A DNA stretch of 64,000 nt from the human T2T-CHM13v2.0 reference genome, Homo sapiens. Position 1 is the stretch's first letter, and every line of letters begins with the position of its first letter. This document shows, in pieces, positions 34,613 to 51,098 of the stretch. The notes beneath the pieces were generated by a model. It did not search any database. It saw only the letters and a list, made by a program, of their open reading frames with translations, and had not been told where the DNA came from. Location: assembly GCF_009914755.1 (NCBI RefSeq), contig NC_060932.1, one strand, 5' to 3'. A program made the translations under genes and the position numbers.

Positions 34613-37600
34613 TCAGTTTACTCCAAGTCCACAAATGACCTCTGTGCACTCTTGCACACAGAGCCAACGCATGTTGATCCTTCCTGGCCTCCCTGCCACT
34701 CTACCGCATTCCTATGGGTAATGTGCCACAAATACCTGCCCTTGGCTGTAAACATTTTCAACAGCAATTAACTGTACCAAATAAACGAGACATGTGGTGT
34801 CAGAGGGCATTTGACTCAATAGGTTCTCAGAACATAAATCAAAATTAGGAAAACCAAAGGCCCTAGAGAATTCAGTAATTTGTTTCTTTTCCAAGCTGTC
34901 AAATTGCAATATTGAGCACAGAGTACAAGTAACTTGGAATATGCTTCTGCTTCCCAAGGAAAGTGAAGAACTTAAGCCTAATGCACGAAATGATGTGTGT
35001 GCATTCCTAGTTTTTCAAAAGAAACTGCTGCATCAACCACGTCATCTACTAGAATGCATAAATTGCTATTTGAAAAATGAGGTCAACTCGAAACCACTCA
35101 GTTGACACATCTGGCACTCTAGGGCCCAACAGGCCAGAGTTGGAAATGAGGCTGTACTACTTCTTGGCTATGAGACCTTGGTCAAGCTACTTGACTTTTG
35201 AGGCCTCAGTTTCTTCCTTGGTTCACAAGGATAATAATGCTTACTTCTGCAGCTCCCTGGGAGGTTAGGGAGGAGAGGAGGGAAGAAGCGGGGGGAAAGG
35301 TAAAGCAAGGAAACACGGAAAAAAGAAAGTGAATCTCTGCCTCAGCTGCTTGCCAAAAATTGCCCCACTGACACAAGTTGCAGATGAAAGACATTCAGAT
35401 GTCCTGCATCAAACAACTTATTTCATGTCTAACTTGAAACTAAAAGGTAATTCAGGGGAAGCAGTTCTTTGCATCTCAAAAATAGCTTCTTTCATTTTTG
35501 TGGGAAGTTGAGGGAAAGAGTGAGATCTGAGAGCCCTGTGAATATGGAGCAGTGTCTACTTTCATTAGTAGACATTGAGCAGGACCTTTGCAAGTAATTC
35601 CATTCACAAATGCCTCTGGAATTGCAATGGCTTCCAAGAGCCCTTCTACAAGTTGAAGGGTGGCTGCATGTCCTAGGTCTGGGAATATTCAGACATGCCC
35701 TCATCCAACTCTTTACCACCAGTGGTCTCAGTGAACTATCCACCAAAGCCCAAGAACCTGCAATGGGCTTTCTCGGAAAGCTCCAACCCACACAAACCTG
35801 GACAGGGAACTGCAGCAGCTTGTGCCAGTGCTAAATATGTTCGGGAGGGTGTTGGTTCAGGAAACTGATGCCTGGCCATCTCAGGCAAAATGAAGAAAGG
35901 GGAAGAAATTGCTTTGCAGGCTGGGGAGGTAAGAATTTTAACCTTCATGTCCCACCCTCCTAACCCAACCTAACCAAGATCTCTGCGATTCACAGGAAAG
36001 GAAAGACCTAAATATAACTCTACCCACAATGGTACTGACCAGTCCTCAGTGTGACCCTATAATTAACGAAGTAGGAGGTCTCCAGATGGGTCAGGACCCC
36101 CTCAGAGTAAGCAGGGCAAGCATGAGCCTGTATTTTGAGAGAATTTTCATATTCAGCTCATTTGTTTGATTTTTCAGTGGTCAGTCAGTCCAATTTTTTT
36201 CTTTGTAAATGCAGTCATTTTGAATGTGTGGACAGGGGTGAAAAGGTTTTTCCTAATTTAAATGATGGCTAGCTGGGATTATAAGAATTCTGCAAAAACA
36301 TCTGTCTTTTGCTATTTCTTTCCTTGGGAAGTGATTTGCCAATTTCATTGGAGAGGCAGTCTCTTCCGGTTCTCACACTCTGAAATCTGTTCTATAATTC
36401 ATCATTAGGAAATACTAGCTATGTGGCATGTGAAGGAAATATCTTCTGCCTTGATGTTCGCTGGCAATCCACAGAAGCATTCGCTGATGAAGACTGTGCT
36501 GCAAGATGCAAAACTAAGACAATTCAGATAAAAGTTCATGAACAGCAAGGTAGGGAGGACAGGAAAGACTTTAAAAATAAAGCACTTAGAATATTAATGC
36601 AAACAAAAGCACAATCCATGAACTTGCTTGCTGTCTTCCTCATTATGGACATTGATTCTTCACCTGTCTTTTCTCCCTGACTTTCTCCCCAGGTTTGTGA
36701 ATTCAAGTCCCAGAAGTTTTAAGGTAAAATTCACAGCAAGGACAGCTTCTACATGAACAGGTGACCCTTCAACGAGAAGCATGCTGGCCACGAACTCTAC
36801 AAGAAGTGCCTCCAGACTCTGTGCAGAGTCAGGAACCAGTAGGGAGAGGAAAACCTGTAAGGACTTCAGTGGATTTCATTTATCAGATATAAAATTTAGA
36901 TCGATTACAGAACAGCCTTTGTACCAAGTTTAGAGCAGTATTTTTAAAACTCCCCATCACCAAATTCCTCTAATGACCGAACTTGAACATCTATTCCCCA
37001 GGAATCTAGGTACACCTTAAATGGCCTACTATGTATATGAAATACCTTTGTAGTCTTTTCATCTTAGAACTGTATGGCAATTTTTATTTTTATCCCATAA
37101 TACAACAGTTTAATGTTTTGCAAGAATTTCACCTCCCTACAAGTTTCTAATAAGACTGAAGCTCAGAGAACGTATACCATGTTATACGGAGGCATTACAT
37201 CCACCTGGGGCTTTTGTGGTTGTAAACAACCAAAATTGAGAGGGCCAAGCCAGTAAGTTGATAACAGCTTGTCTCTCACTTGCAGTTTCCACATTTCTCT
37301 ACCACCCATTCCCATCATTTATAAAACCCTATGGATCCTTCAAGTATAATATTGTTGTCTTCCATCCTTCCTTTTAGATCTCCAAGACCACAACCCCAGT
37401 TCAAGTTCTCTCTTGCCTCACTCCTGTGAATCTTGCCTAAGCCCTTTGAGCACAATGTTCAGTCTCCTCCATTTCAAATTTATCTTCCTAAAGCAGAGCC
37501 AAAAACGTTGCTCTTCCAACTAAACATTTTCCTTGGGTACCTAATGCCTAAAACGTACGAAAAAATTCCTAAATTCCCAAGGTTCTACTATGGAAGTCTG

Positions 37601-38623
37601 ATAAATTGGAAAGAGGATGGGCTCTTGGAGTCAGAGGCCTTAAATCTAAAGCTCTGCTCTTCTGCTGACTAACCAAGTAACCACACAACATACTTTCCCC
37701 TTAGTAGCTATAAATTTCTCAACAGTTAACAAAAAGGCAGGGGAGAGATCATATATATATATATTTGCCTCATACTGTGGTTATATGATTAGAAATAATA
37801 TATGTAGAGGACCTACACATAATCGGATCACAACATGTACTCAATAAATGGTAACAACTACTACTACTGCTCCTGCTATGATATCTACTATAGCTACTAT
37901 TACTACTACTACTTTTTAAAAATTTGATTCCAATCAACTTTTAAAATCTTTTCTCCCACTATTTGCCCTCATTTCTAATATTCTGGCAAAACTTAATTCA
38001 CTTTCTGGGATATATTTAAACTTTCTAATTTTCTTCTACATTCATAGCCTCAATCTTCACCCATAATTGAAGTCAACAGATCAAAAACTATCTTGCCCAC
38101 AAAGCTGATCATCTCTATTGAAGCTATTCTTGTGGCTCCTTGCCTTTCAGTGTTGCAATTTCCATACCTGTTTTATTTGTTGACCCACTCTGTGGGCTGC
38201 CTAGGAATAGTGACTCTGTCTAACACACTCTTGTTTCTCCTAGAGTAGCTTATACAACTTAGGAATTTGAGTAGTACTTGTTGACTAAAGATTATCTTCT
38301 GTAGATTACATCTCTACTCCTTCTGTCATGTGAAACAAAAGCATAGACCATTACTTCTAAAATCAACCTTTGAGCACAAACTTTCCATCAAATTAAAAGG
38401 ACCTGAAGGTTTTTCCATCTGTCCCTGAGTGTCAAGTTAGTACAGGGCCAGGAGCATATAGCATGGCTCCTGTCTTCCTCCCTAGTGTTTTCATGATGCC
38501 ATCCTGCATCCTAGCTGTCTCCCCACAGGATGAGTGAATCAGGAGTCATCTGTGCTATCTGAGAAAACAGTGACTGCTACACCTCCATCATAACTAGTAG
38601 CAAACCTGATTAGTAAGGTATAG

Positions 38624-39380
<757 letters not shown>

Positions 39381-39642
39381 TCAACAATTATCAAAATTTT
39401 GCTAGTTCCTACTTTTTTATAAAATTTTGTCATTCTCCACTTTCTTTTGCAAAATGAAAAACATTTGGACATTTATTTCTCAAAATTGTACACATTGATA
39501 GAATTATGTTAAATGCACACATATATTGAAAAATAAAGAGTCATTAGAAGGCAAAATTCCTACATGTTAAGCAAAGTTCTGTTTGGTTCCTTTCTTTTTT
39601 CTGTTTAGGGTGAATGCTTTATAATAAGTATGTTCTAGTTCA

Positions 39643-39933
<291 letters not shown>

Positions 39934-41257
39934 TTAAATGGTGATCAATGAATATTGCCTAAGTCACTAAAATTAATCCCCATTCAATTGAATCATTTTT
40001 CACTTCTAAGCACTAGCCCACTTCTATGTCTTTGAAAATAATGTTTTCTTTGCCTGGAATCCCCTCACTCCTCAACCTGGCAGAGTAAGAAAGATATTCC
40101 AGGCAAAGAAAATGGATTGATCTAAGAATTGGAGACAGGTAATGGTGAATAGACCAATGCAGTAGAAATGAAAGGCTGGAAGCGTCAATAAAAGCCAAAT
40201 TATGGTGGGTTCTGAGTGCCAGGATATGGACTGGGGCATTATTATTTAGGTAGTAATGCTCCATTAAAGGTTTTTGTGCTAGGGAGTGTCATTCATTATT
40301 AGTTCCATGTTTCAGGAAGATAACTTTCCTAGAGTTGTATAAAATGGACAGGGGCAAGAGACATTAGAGCCAGGAGAATAATGACCCTTTCAAGCTACAA
40401 TGAGATGCAGAACTTGATACAAAGAACTCATTTGCCAAAGGAAGTACTAAGGACCGAGTGCTAATGATGGACCTAGAGGTATAAAAAATATTTTCCTGTA
40501 GAGATCAGTACAGAAATTCATAATTCCTTGCCTGGTTTTCTATTATCTTAATTTTATTCATTTTCCAAATATTAAAATTACGATTTAACTACTAATTTAA
40601 TTTTGGCTAACAGTGATCAGCAATAAAATAAATGTGCAATTTACACAAAATTTCTCTTCAGAATGACTGGAAAAGAAGTAAGATAATTTCTATCTTATTT
40701 ATCTGTATTTATAAAATAGCAATTTATTCTGTAATTATCTCTAAATCACAATTAAACCCTCTTATACTCTGGGCTGCTGATTGTTTCATGCTTGTATAAA
40801 ATTAAATAACAACATTCTGAATTTGTCAACAAATTTGTTGACAAATTCAGAATGTTGTTATTTAATTTTATACAATGAAAATACATCCCAATCACTCTAA
40901 ATCTTGCTTTCTCCACTAGACTGTGGGGTCCCTTATGAGCACAGATAATGGCTTTTATATGCCCAACAGCACCAAAGAGACAGAGACAACCAGATTCAAT
41001 CCAAGTCCATAGGCACTTTGCTACTGAGAGGTACTGACTCAGAAAATCTAAGGGATTCTTAAGTCCCACCCAAATAATGAAGATAAGTGGGAATGGTCAT
41101 CTTCCCATTGAAGAGCTGTTGAAGAAATGACTAAACAAAATTAAATCCTTTAATACATTTTTTTCATAGAATAAAAAAGTGCATTTATTTACCACAAAAC
41201 CCAAAATTCCATTCCCACCACCAATGCCCATTTAATCAAAAGAATTGATAAATTCAG

Positions 41258-41545
41258 GCTGGGCACAGTGGCTCACACCTGGAATCCCAGAACTTTGGGA
41301 GGCCGAGGAGGGTAGAACACTTGAGGTCAGGAGTTCAAGACCAGCCTGGCCAACATGGTGAAACCCCGTCTCTGCTAAAAATACAAAAATTAGCTGGATG
41401 TGGTGGTGCATGCCTGTAATCCCAGTTACTCAGGAGGCTGAAGCAGGAGAATCACTTGAACCCAGGAGGCGGAGGTTGCAGTGAGCCGAGATCACATCAC
41501 TGCAGTCCAGCCTGGGCAACAGAGCAAGACGCCGTCTCAAAAAAA
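41258..41545 (+). mobile_element. AluSx/Sz with (TA)n tail
   Basis: Full Alu; flanks ATTGATAAATTCA and ATTGAAAAATTCA. Confidence 0.93.
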
Positions 41546-41682
41546 TATATATATATATATATTGAAAAATTCAAAAAACTTAAGGGGTGTCATCTCTTCT
41601 CTAGTATATGAATATTTGAAAAACTTCTTGAGTGAGATCTTGGGACTTAAAAATCACACACTGAGTAGAAATGAAACGCTTA

Positions 41683-41841
<159 letters not shown>

Positions 41842-42199
41842 TCAATTATTCATGAAGAAAACTCCTTACTCTAGCCAAATTCTCTCTAGGATGCATGCTA
41901 CGAGCCAAATCTCACAAGCCAAGAGACAAGAGAGCTGTCGTGATTCATGAGATGAATCAATTCTATGGCATTACCAGTGTGTGTGTCATTTACAAACCAG
42001 CAAAGGGAACAGTGTAGAGCTATGAAACAATGGTAGGGGAGTTTAACGTAGTTCAAAAGTCAGGAAAGGATCCTCCCAAGCTGAGATCTGAAGCATGGAT
42101 AAGTAGGTGGTGTTTCCCAGGCAGAACACGCCAGGCAGAGGGAACAGAATGTGCAAAAGAGGAAGTATGGTGTTTCAGAGTAATGAAAATAAGGCCTTA

Positions 42200-43030
42200 C
42201 TCTTTCTTCTCGTCCTTCATATCTCATCAATATGCTAGTTCCCAGGTTTAAGCTTTACCCCTGACCTTTCCTGGAGATCCAGACATGTTATCCAACCACC
42301 TACCTCCTAATGCACTGGAATACCTAATATTCATGTCAAGCAAAAGAATTTTAATGTTCCTTCCTAATCCTGCCCCAACCCTCGCCTTCTCCATCATAAT
42401 CAATGGCTCTGGCACTCACCCAGGTGTTTGGGCCAAAAGCCTAAGAGTCATCCTTGCTTTCTCTCCTAGCTATAGACACATGTGAACAATTCCTGTCAGT
42501 GCTATCACCAAAGTACATCCCAATTATCCCAAATTTGACCACCTCTCATCTTTTCACTGCTCTATCCTGGTCTAACTTACCATCCTCTCTGAGTGAGCTA
42601 TCACACCACAAAAGACTATTCCCTGGGTTCCCTGTGAAATGCTTACTTCCCTTGTACCTTGTAGCCCACTCCCCCATATCGTAGCCAGACGGAGCCTTTT
42701 ACACCATAAGTCAGACTGTATCTTTCTCTTGCACGCACATGCACACACACACACACACCACCCATTTCCAACACTCCAGATTATTTTTCATTGTAATTAG
42801 AGTGAAATCCCAACTCCCCACCATGGTCTTTGCCTACCTCTGTGACTTTACTTCCTACCCCTTTCCCTATCACTCGCAAGACTTTCTTCCTGTCCCCTGA
42901 CTTTTCCCCTAACTTATTTCAGGCTAAGCTTTTGCACTTGCTCTTTCCTTCGTTTGAAAAACATTCCTGGATCTGTGCATGTCTGCTTTCTCCTCTATAA
43001 TTCTTTCTCACTTTCACTGTCATCCCCTGC
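42200..43030 (+). mobile_element. L2 LINE remnant
   Basis: Pyrimidine-rich L2-like stretch (TTCTCCATCATAATCAATGGC...GCCAAAAGCCTAAGAGTCATCCTTG). Confidence 0.55.
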
Positions 43031-45000
43031 AGAGAACTGCCTTATCCTCCTGCTTCTAATTTCCATAATGGCCAACCAGAGGGGCAGAATGGAAATGGAG
43101 AAAAACAAGAGAATAACAGAAGGAGACAGGATAGGCAAGCAATGGGTTGGTTCTGAAATATTAGATCGAATTCGCCATGCTGTCTTCAACATGGGTGTCA
43201 TGCGGTTCTGGCTGTTAACCCCTCTTCCCTCCCCTTATTAAAAAGCACCTGGCCATGCTTCTCATACTGCTTCAATTGCTCTTCCTGCCTTCTGAAACTC
43301 TGAATGGCAGAGCAGCCCACAAGAGCCAAAATACCTTAGATAATTATTTGCAGTCAAGAAAGAAGCCAGACAGTAAGAAAGGAGTTCAAACGTTAACTTA
43401 AGCATTAAGAAAAAATGGAGAGGAAGAGAAGGAAAGAAACAATGAGAACAGTCAAAAGGCCAGGCCTGCAGAAATGTGGCATGTGAAAAAACCACCCCCC
43501 TCGTGGAGAACAGCAAGCTCTCTATGAAAGGCCTTCTCCACACCAGCCTCAGGGTGGTACTGTGTGTTGCCTTGATTACCATTTGGTCAAAAAAACACAT
43601 CAATAAAGAATAAAGAAATCCAGAGAACCCTGATTTGCAGAAATTAAATGAAGCTGCATTCTATGTAATATTGTGATAAATGTAACTATGTGAGTTTCTG
43701 AAATGCTTCTCAGTTGGGTCTGAGAACAAACCAAGAAATCTTTTTAAAAGCATACTTTAATTTTTCACTCATAAGCAATAAATTCTCTTTGAATAAACCT
43801 TCGTTTACTAACTAGGACATCAAATAAACATTTTTTTCTCTAAACCGTGTGGCCCTTTTCACCAATGTTAAGCTGCGGAGGCCCGCCACTGTAGCTGACA
43901 CTCCACAATCGCCCATTCCTATTTTGAGACTCCCTTTCAGCCCTGAGAGTTACATAACACAGCCTGAACCTCCTCCATCAAGTTGAAGCACATAGAGGTG
44001 CTTCCTTTTCCTACCTTTCCCATAACGATTTAAGTTCTGTTCACTACAAATGTACTGAAAGGTGGTAAAAGCTACTTCATAATGCTTACTCTATCTTTGA
44101 ACACATGGATAGATAAAAGGATGGATGGGTGGACAGGGGGATGGATGGATGAATGAGGATGGAGACATAGATGAATAGTTAACAGAAACAAAAAATGCAG
44201 TGCTTTCGACATTGGATAATTAAGTCAGAAATCCATATAAACCTTAGAGGTCATGCAATCATATCTCTTAATTTCACAAATGAGAGATTTAATGACATTT
44301 CTATGATCACACAGCCTGTGGTCACACTCCAGGAACTTGGCTTTTTGTGCCCGAGCTCATTGTGCCTATACAATTCTTGACTTCACCAGCATCCACAAAT
44401 ATTTATGTCAGGTACAAAGAAATTACAAATGTTCAAAGAAACTAAAATAATTGGTACAGGACTAAAATCATCTGAAATAAACACTCTGATGATTCAGAAG
44501 GTCCTTTCGGCTCTTGCTGGGTTTCAGGGCCAACATTCAGAAAATGTTATCACCCCAAGAGGAAGAGGTGCTACTGGCTTTTACTGCAATGCTCAACAAA
44601 TAAATATAGATGCTGTTAAATATCAAGTGGCTTTCAAAATATAGTGAAGACCCTTTTTAACCATTAAGATAATAAGTATTGAAATAAAAATAACAACCAT
44701 ATTAGAAGAAAAACACAAACTTGGGTTAGTTCAGTTTCTACCATGCATGACCTGTGGTCACTTTCTGTGATATCAATTTCTTAATTATAAACCGGGGATA
44801 AACTACCAGCCAACCTTCCTCACAGATTCAAATTTTGGATCAATGTAGAAAGTTTACATGAAATCAAAGTTTACATCAATGTAGAAAGTTTACATGAAAG
44901 ATCCTCAAAAATTATAAAGGTTAAACACATGAAAAGTATTCTTATTAAAATTAACAGAGGTAGAAAAGGTAAGGGGTAAATTTAGAAATGTTTATTTTCA

Positions 45001-45120
<120 letters not shown>

Positions 45121-45468
45121 TTAGGAAAACAAATAGTATACGTTGCTTACCAAAATCTATATCAGTTAAAAAAAAAAAGGGAGAGGGGGGTAGAATTTTC
45201 TTAAATGGTCCAAACAACATGAAGTAAATGAATCTACTCTTTTATTCCTACTCCTAACTGCGTTATACAACATGTCCTTACTCCCCTCCCACTCAGTCTC
45301 TTCTTCACTCAATAGCTCTCTCCCAAGAGCCATTTACAATGTTTTTTTCTTACTGTCTACTTCTTGAGTCTACCAACATTATGTAAAATAACTCCTTGAT
45401 TTCATCAGTGCCATTTAGACTTAAAAAAAAATCATCAAGGTAATGAGAGATGGTTTAAGGGCTTCAGA

Positions 45469-45768
<300 letters not shown>

Positions 45769-46096
45769 TCAAGCAATCTTAAGAGATCCCCTCTATAGTA
45801 TTACATAAACGACTAGTGTCTTAATGATTCACTGTTTCCTTTTCAGATTCTCATTTAATAATGTAAGGCGGGACACAGAAGATTCCCTTGCACATTAGAA
45901 TTCCCCTGGAGAATTAGATTTTTTTGAAAGCTAGTCACTTTTTGGCTGATTTTGGAAGGATCCCATAAAAATTCATTTAGATAATCTTCTGAGCACCCTC
46001 TCTTGAAGAAAACCCAAGCCACTGAAATTCCAAATACCAAGATTGCACAATGTGACATCCCTCTGAAGGCATCAGATCTTGATATTCTTAACTTAC

Positions 46097-46232
46097 AAGG
46101 AGGAAAGAGGAATCCGTAGGACATCTGCTTATCATTTTTGTAGGCCAAACAGTTCTGACTGAAACTCGGAGAAACACGGACATCAGGCCGGACGCAACTG
46201 GTCAGATGGTCAGGAACGCTGGAAACCTCAGC
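46097..46232 (-). CDS. ENPP2: Autotaxin exon 23 (AEVSSVPDHL...YGFLFPP)
   Basis: 136 nt, cag/gtaagt boundaries; visible within ORF 45855-46253. Confidence 0.98.
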
Positions 46233-46602
46233 CTGCACGGGAGTCAGAGGCACTCAGCAATGCCGTGGCTCTGTTACGAACGGCTGAAATCAAAACCCCT
46301 CTGGCTTCTCCTATGCTTGTATTCTGATTGATAGTCTGACTCCTTTTTTAAATTTTTTATCTTTGATAGTCTGACTTCTTTTTAAAAGTCCTTAGTTTTA
46401 AGTACAGTAAGCCACAAGTTTTCAAACTTTTTTTAATCAACATAACTCTCTTTATCAAAGTCTTAAGAAAAACAATATAGAAAGCAGAACATAAAGCAGA
46501 AATCCCACTGTTGAAATAATAAATAGAATCTCATTGAAGATAACTTATAAAATAACACTCTTACAAACAATATAGATGTATCTCCTCTAAATAGACTATT
46601 TA

Positions 46603-46604
<2 letters not shown>

Positions 46605-46640
<36 letters not shown>
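46605..46640. repeat. (TG)18 microsatellite
   Basis: Read directly from the sequence. Confidence 0.97.
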
Positions 46641-46644
<4 letters not shown>

Positions 46645-46809
46645 ATGTACAAGAACATACGTATGTGTACACAGTACAAATCAAAATAAACTGTATTTGG
46701 GGCAGTAGAAGTGTTCTCCTCCTTTGTATTAAAAAATTTTAAACATGCCTCAACTGCCAAATAACATTTTCTAATTTGTGATATATACCTATTTATCTCA
46801 TCTTCATCA

Positions 46810-47253
<444 letters not shown>

Positions 47254-47510
47254 TTAAAATATAAAGTCTATTAAAATAAATAAACAAACCTTGGCAGTTT
47301 CTGTAACTATTGGGCAATGACTTAGGCAGAGTAAAAGAAAATAAAAGAATTAGTGATCTACCTTCAAAGTTTAACATATTCCCATGGAATTACCAGAACA
47401 TTGAATAAAGGCTAATTCAAAATATCTTACAATAAATCCAACATAGGATTTCTGTCATTAAGAAAAAATAAAATATTTTCTAAGACAAAATTCTGTTAAG
47501 CAAGGAATCA

Positions 47511-47744
<234 letters not shown>

Positions 47745-49041
47745 TTAAATTTTACATCAAATGTTAAAGAAATGTTGGAAGAGTCAAGTTACCTAAAATG
47801 GCTAGCTTACTTATTATTAATATAGCACCTTCTCCTTAATTTAATCAAGCTAGTTTTCCTAACACTTTTGTGGTTGATCTGATCACCTAACCATGGGTCA
47901 AGCTTTACAGTTATCAAAACCATAATGTAAATGCTGTATTTACAGAATGCTTTTTTTAGTTGTAAAGAATTTACAATTTGTATATAAAGGAAACATTATG
48001 TAATAAATTTTGAAATGATTCAGCTGAATGGAAAGCCAATAGGATTGGATTTCTGTAGAATTAATTATTTTGACCCCTGAAGAGGCTTATCAGGTACACC
48101 AATGATTTAATTAAGAAGAAGGCACACATTGATCATTATATGCATACAGCAACTCAAATATGCATTCCTTCAGCATAAAAAGTGAGTAGTAATGAGCATT
48201 TAAAGTAAGCAGCTTTGTCATACAGAGGAAAAGTCTTTAGGTAAGAACTTAAAGGAACATGTATAGATAAAATAAGTGGGCATTCAAGAGGGTCTTCTAA
48301 GTACAGAAGAGGGAAGTTCATCAGTTACCAAAGAACTCAATGAAGACCCCCAGTGCAGATTCAGACCTCCAAAGGAAAGCTCTCTTCTTAGGAAAAAAAA
48401 AGGTCTGAAGCTTTACTCTTTGCGGAAGAAGAGATGGGAGTTCAGTATGAAAATCTTCATTCCACACTCTGCAATAAATACCTGGAGCTTGATCTGCCCA
48501 CTTTGGATAGGCTAAAGTCAAAACTTCCACAGATTCTTGGAAATGTGGGGCCCTACAGACCAAAATATTTAGAGACTGAGGCTTAGGCAATTCACAATTC
48601 CTTAAGTGATAAATTTAAAAAAAAATAAATTCTTGTACTATTTTTTCTACTAGAGAAAATCAGTTCTGAAAAACACTTATTAAATAATGTATACATGTTG
48701 CTTTAATTAAAGTCTTACCATTCTATGCAAGTAATGGAGAAAAGTCTTCGTAGAATACTTTGCAAGACCCTCCCAGATAGAACTGCGGATTTGAGACAAA
48801 GCGGCCCACACTATTACAACACAAGCCTGTTCTGGGTAGTTCGGCTGCTCCAGCATTGCAGTAAATGTAGAAGCCTTAGTTAAGCTGCCAAATTTGGGGA
48901 CCCACCCCTAAGGATTAGAACATAATCTGACAATATTAAATAAATGAAATATAATAAACAAATAAAACACCAGCAAATCGTAACAGTAGTACTTAGGGGC
49001 AGTAAAACAACCCAGACTTTCCTTCAAAACTCAAACCAAAC

Positions 49042-49116
49042 CTTTTCTAGGTTCAAAATTTCCATTAATGTTTTCCTTGTTTTCATTTCTGCTGCCTCTG
49101 AATTTCCTGGTTTCAG
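49042..49116 (-). CDS. ENPP2: Alternative exon 21 of ATX-gamma (AETRKFRGSRNENKENINGNFEPRK)
   Basis: 75 nt, symmetric phase 1, ttccag/gtttgg boundaries; translation equals the known 25-aa insert of the CNS isoform. Confidence 0.95.
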
Positions 49117-49992
49117 CTGGAAGCAGAAGTATCAAAATTCTTTGAGAAGCTATTCTCTTTTCATCATTTAAGTTTTCATGGTTACCACACACAGTCCTCC
49201 AAACTCAAATTCAAGCTTGGCATCTAATCGATTCCATTAGGGGACAATAAAATAGCAGCCATGTTCCCATACGCAATACCCCTCCCTAGAGCAACCACCA
49301 AACAAAAATCTTGGACAATCTATAGTCTCTACTAACTCTGGCTCTTCCTCTAAATCCTCCTCATTTCTAAGCATTCAACGTAACACTCTATTCCACAAAG
49401 GCTAATGTATTTGCAACACTCTCTTCACAATTGTTGTTAGCAACATTACACTATCATATATGCTATTTCCTTTCTCTCTACCAGAAATAACTTCTCCAGT
49501 CTTCGCCAAGTCTGTCACCTATCTCCTTCCAAATGTATCCATTATTCTTCATCATCAAACATTGAGCGCCTTGGTTGTGCCAGACCTTGCGCTGTAGAAT
49601 GGAGGTACTGGGCAAAGATGATTAAGATAGAGCTCTTACCCTCAAAGAGCTCACAAGTCAAAGGGAGAGACAAACATAGCACAAATAACAGATGCCATGT
49701 GGTCTGCACCATATTAAAGATAGTTACAGAGTGTGATGGGAATGCAGAGGATGATGAATACTGGAAATGGAGTGAAGGTGGCATCAATAAAGTCCTTTAA
49801 GGAGCATATGAAGTTAAACCAGGCTGGCCCCATGTTACAGTTTTATGCCTGTTGCCCTGGTATAATTGTTAATAGTGTCCCTTTTCACGCTCAAAAGTGT
49901 ATGACAAATATTCAGCCCTCATGGAAGAGACATGAAGAAGAAAGGGCGAGGGGCCCAAGAGGGGCAGAGATATCTTAAGATTCATTTTCTCT

Positions 49993-50295
<303 letters not shown>

Positions 50296-50396
50296 TCATT
50301 TTCTCCTGAAAGGTTTCCTCAATAAAGCTTCTCCATCTCTACTCACTCTACTGCTCTACATATATAGATTCAACTTGCTTCAGAAATTTGGGTTCT

Positions 50397-50700
50397 GGCC
50401 AGGCATAGTGGCTCACGCCTGTAAGCCTAGCACTTTGGGAGGCTGAGGTGGGCAGATCACTTGAGGTCAGGAGTTTGAGCCAGCCTGGCCAACATGGTGA
50501 AACCCCATCTCTACTGAAAATACAAAAATTAGCCAGGCATGGTAGCACACGCCTGTAATCCCAGCTACTTGGGAGGCTGGGGCAGAACTGCTTGAACCTG
50601 GGAGGCAGAGGATGCAGTGAGCCAAGATCGTGCGACTGCACTCCAGCCTGGGCAACAGTGCAAGACTCTGTCTCAGAAAAAAAAGAAAAGAAAAGAAAGA
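50397..50700 (+). mobile_element. AluS
   Basis: Full Alu; flanks AGAAATTTG(G/A)GTTC. Confidence 0.93.
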
Positions 50701-51098
50701 AATTTGAGTTCCATAGCTTCCAAGCTATTGTCATAACTGCAAGTTTTGGCACACAGCTGGAACACAAAAGTATCACTGACTGCCTTTTTCTCAATTATTA
50801 CTGAGCAAAAATAGCATAATAAGGGGAAAAAATACAGTGGTTTTTACAGCCTCCTAAAAATCCAACCAAGGTCCCCAATGACCCAAAAAAATCTACTTGG
50901 GTCTTCCTGGAGCTTAACAGTTTCATCTAAGAAAGAGGGGGAAATAATCTCTGCAGTAAGAAACACAGATTTTAAGGTCCAGAATCAAAATTTAGATTTT
51001 ATTTTTTCAGTTTATCAAAGTATCAAAGAATCACAGATTCAGAGTCATAGCCTGACTCTCCTAGTCTTTATGACATCTTGGGGGAGCCACCCACTGCA

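Noticed and set aside
43870-43900. Possible CTCF site in a small CpG-containing patch
   Set aside because: The match to the CTCF core is too weak to support without ChIP data.
48765-48850. Possible RNA stem downstream of the gamma exon (CCCAGA/TCTGGG)
   Set aside because: Only about 6 bp of complementarity, which is expected by chance.
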